A DNA stretch of 64,000 nucleotides from Pristiophorus japonicus (Eukaryota), in NCBI RefSeq assembly GCF_044704955.1, contig NC_091978.1:17670001-17734000 (forward strand), written 5' to 3'. Position numbers and translations under genes: made by a program. Positions 62,792 to 64,000 of the stretch are shown here, piece after piece; the first letter of the stretch is position 1; every line of letters begins with the position of its first letter. The notes beneath the pieces were generated by a model. That model was not told the DNA's origin and did no database searches. It saw only the letters and a program-made list of their open reading frames with translations.

Positions 62792-64000
62792 AAGAACATA
62801 AGAAATAGGAGCAGGAGTAGGCCATACAGCCCCTCGAGTCTGCTCCGCCATTCAATAAGATCATGGCTGATCTGATCATGGACTCAGCTCCACTTCCCTG
62901 CCCGCTCCCCATAACCCCTTATCCGCTTATCGTTTAAGAAACTGTCTATTTCTGTCTTAAGTTTATTCAATGTCCCAGCTCTCTGAGGCAGCAAATTTCA
63001 CAGATCCACAACCTTCAGAGAAGAAATTTCTCCTCGTCTCTGTTTTAAATGGGCGGCCCCTTATTCTAAGATCATGCTCTCTGGTTCTAGTCTCCCCCAT
63101 CAGTGGAAACATCCTCTCTGCATCCACCTTGTCAAGCCCCCTCATAATCTTATACGCTTCGATAAGATCACCTCTCAATCTTCTGAATTACAATGAGCAG
63201 AGGACCAACCTACTCAACCTTTCCTCATAAGTCAACCCCCTCATCCCCGGAATCAACTGAGTGAAGCTTCTCTGAACTGCCTCCAAAGCAAGTATATGGA
63301 AATCAAAACTGCATGCAGTATTCCAGGTGTGGCCTCACCAATACCCTATATAACTGTAGCAAAATTTCCCTGCTTTTATACTCCATCCTCTTTGCAATAA
63401 AGGCCAAGATACCATTGGCCTTCCTGATTACTTGCTGTACCTGCATACTATCCTTTTGTGTTTCATGCACAAGTACCCCCAGGTCCCGCAGTACAGCGGC
63501 ACTTTGCAATCTTTCTCCATTTAAATAATAACTTGCTCTTTGATTTTTTTCTGCCAAAGTGCTTGACCTCACACTTTCCAACATTATACTCCATCTGCCA
63601 AATTTTTGCCCACTCACTTAGCTTGTATATGTCTTTTTGCAGATTTTTTGTGTCCTCCTCACAATTGCTTTTCCTCCCATCTTTGTATCATCAGAAAACT
63701 TGGCTACATTACACTCAGTCCCTTCTTCTTTGTTGTTAATATAGATTGTAAATAGTTGGGGTCCCAGCACTGATCCCTGCGGCACCCCACTAGTTACTGA
63801 TTGCCAACCAGAGAATGAACCATTTATCCCAACTCTCTGTTTTCTGTTAGTTAGCCAATCCTCTATTCATGCTAATATATTACCCCCAACCCCGTGAACT
63901 TTTATCTTGTGCAGTAACCTTTTATGTGGCACCTTGTCAAATGCCTTCTGGAAATCCAAATACACCACATCCACTGGTTCCCCTTTATCCACCCTATTCG
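62792..64000 (-). mobile_element. CR1 LINE ORF2 3' region running off the window
   Basis: DFQKAFDKV and [10 protein letters not shown] (reverse complement at ~63760-63790), LYRVLVRPHLEYC, RGDLIEAYKI; CR1 tail at 62792. Confidence 0.95.

Overview
Eukaryotic (vertebrate, most likely shark/cartilaginous fish judging from the repeat repertoire) intronic DNA, mostly transposable-element debris. The only host coding sequence I can support is two consecutive minus-strand exons (149 and 136 bp, canonical GT-AG, in frame) of a DOCK-A family gene most like DOCK2. No further DOCK exon was found by eye in the remaining ~57.7 kb. That interval holds many decayed CR1, L2, RTE and Tx1 LINE fragments, two tRNA-headed SINE families, two nested Mag-like Gypsy LTR retrotransposons (inner one with a perfect CCTTT TSD), three solo-LTR candidates, a decayed PIF/Harbinger transposase element, several MITEs, and a 7.7-kb Harbinger-type MITE carrying a ~6.8-kb poly-C/poly-G minisatellite. 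The most unusual object is a ~360-bp poly(A)-tailed, TSD-flanked retroposon at 37686-38044 built from U2 and U1 snRNA modules (U2 5' end, U1 5' part, U2 Sm site/SLIII x2/SLIV, second U2 SLI-like hairpin, unique tail), a candidate composite snRNA-derived SINE. Boundaries of decayed repeats are approximate, and family names come from recalled motifs, not database searches.
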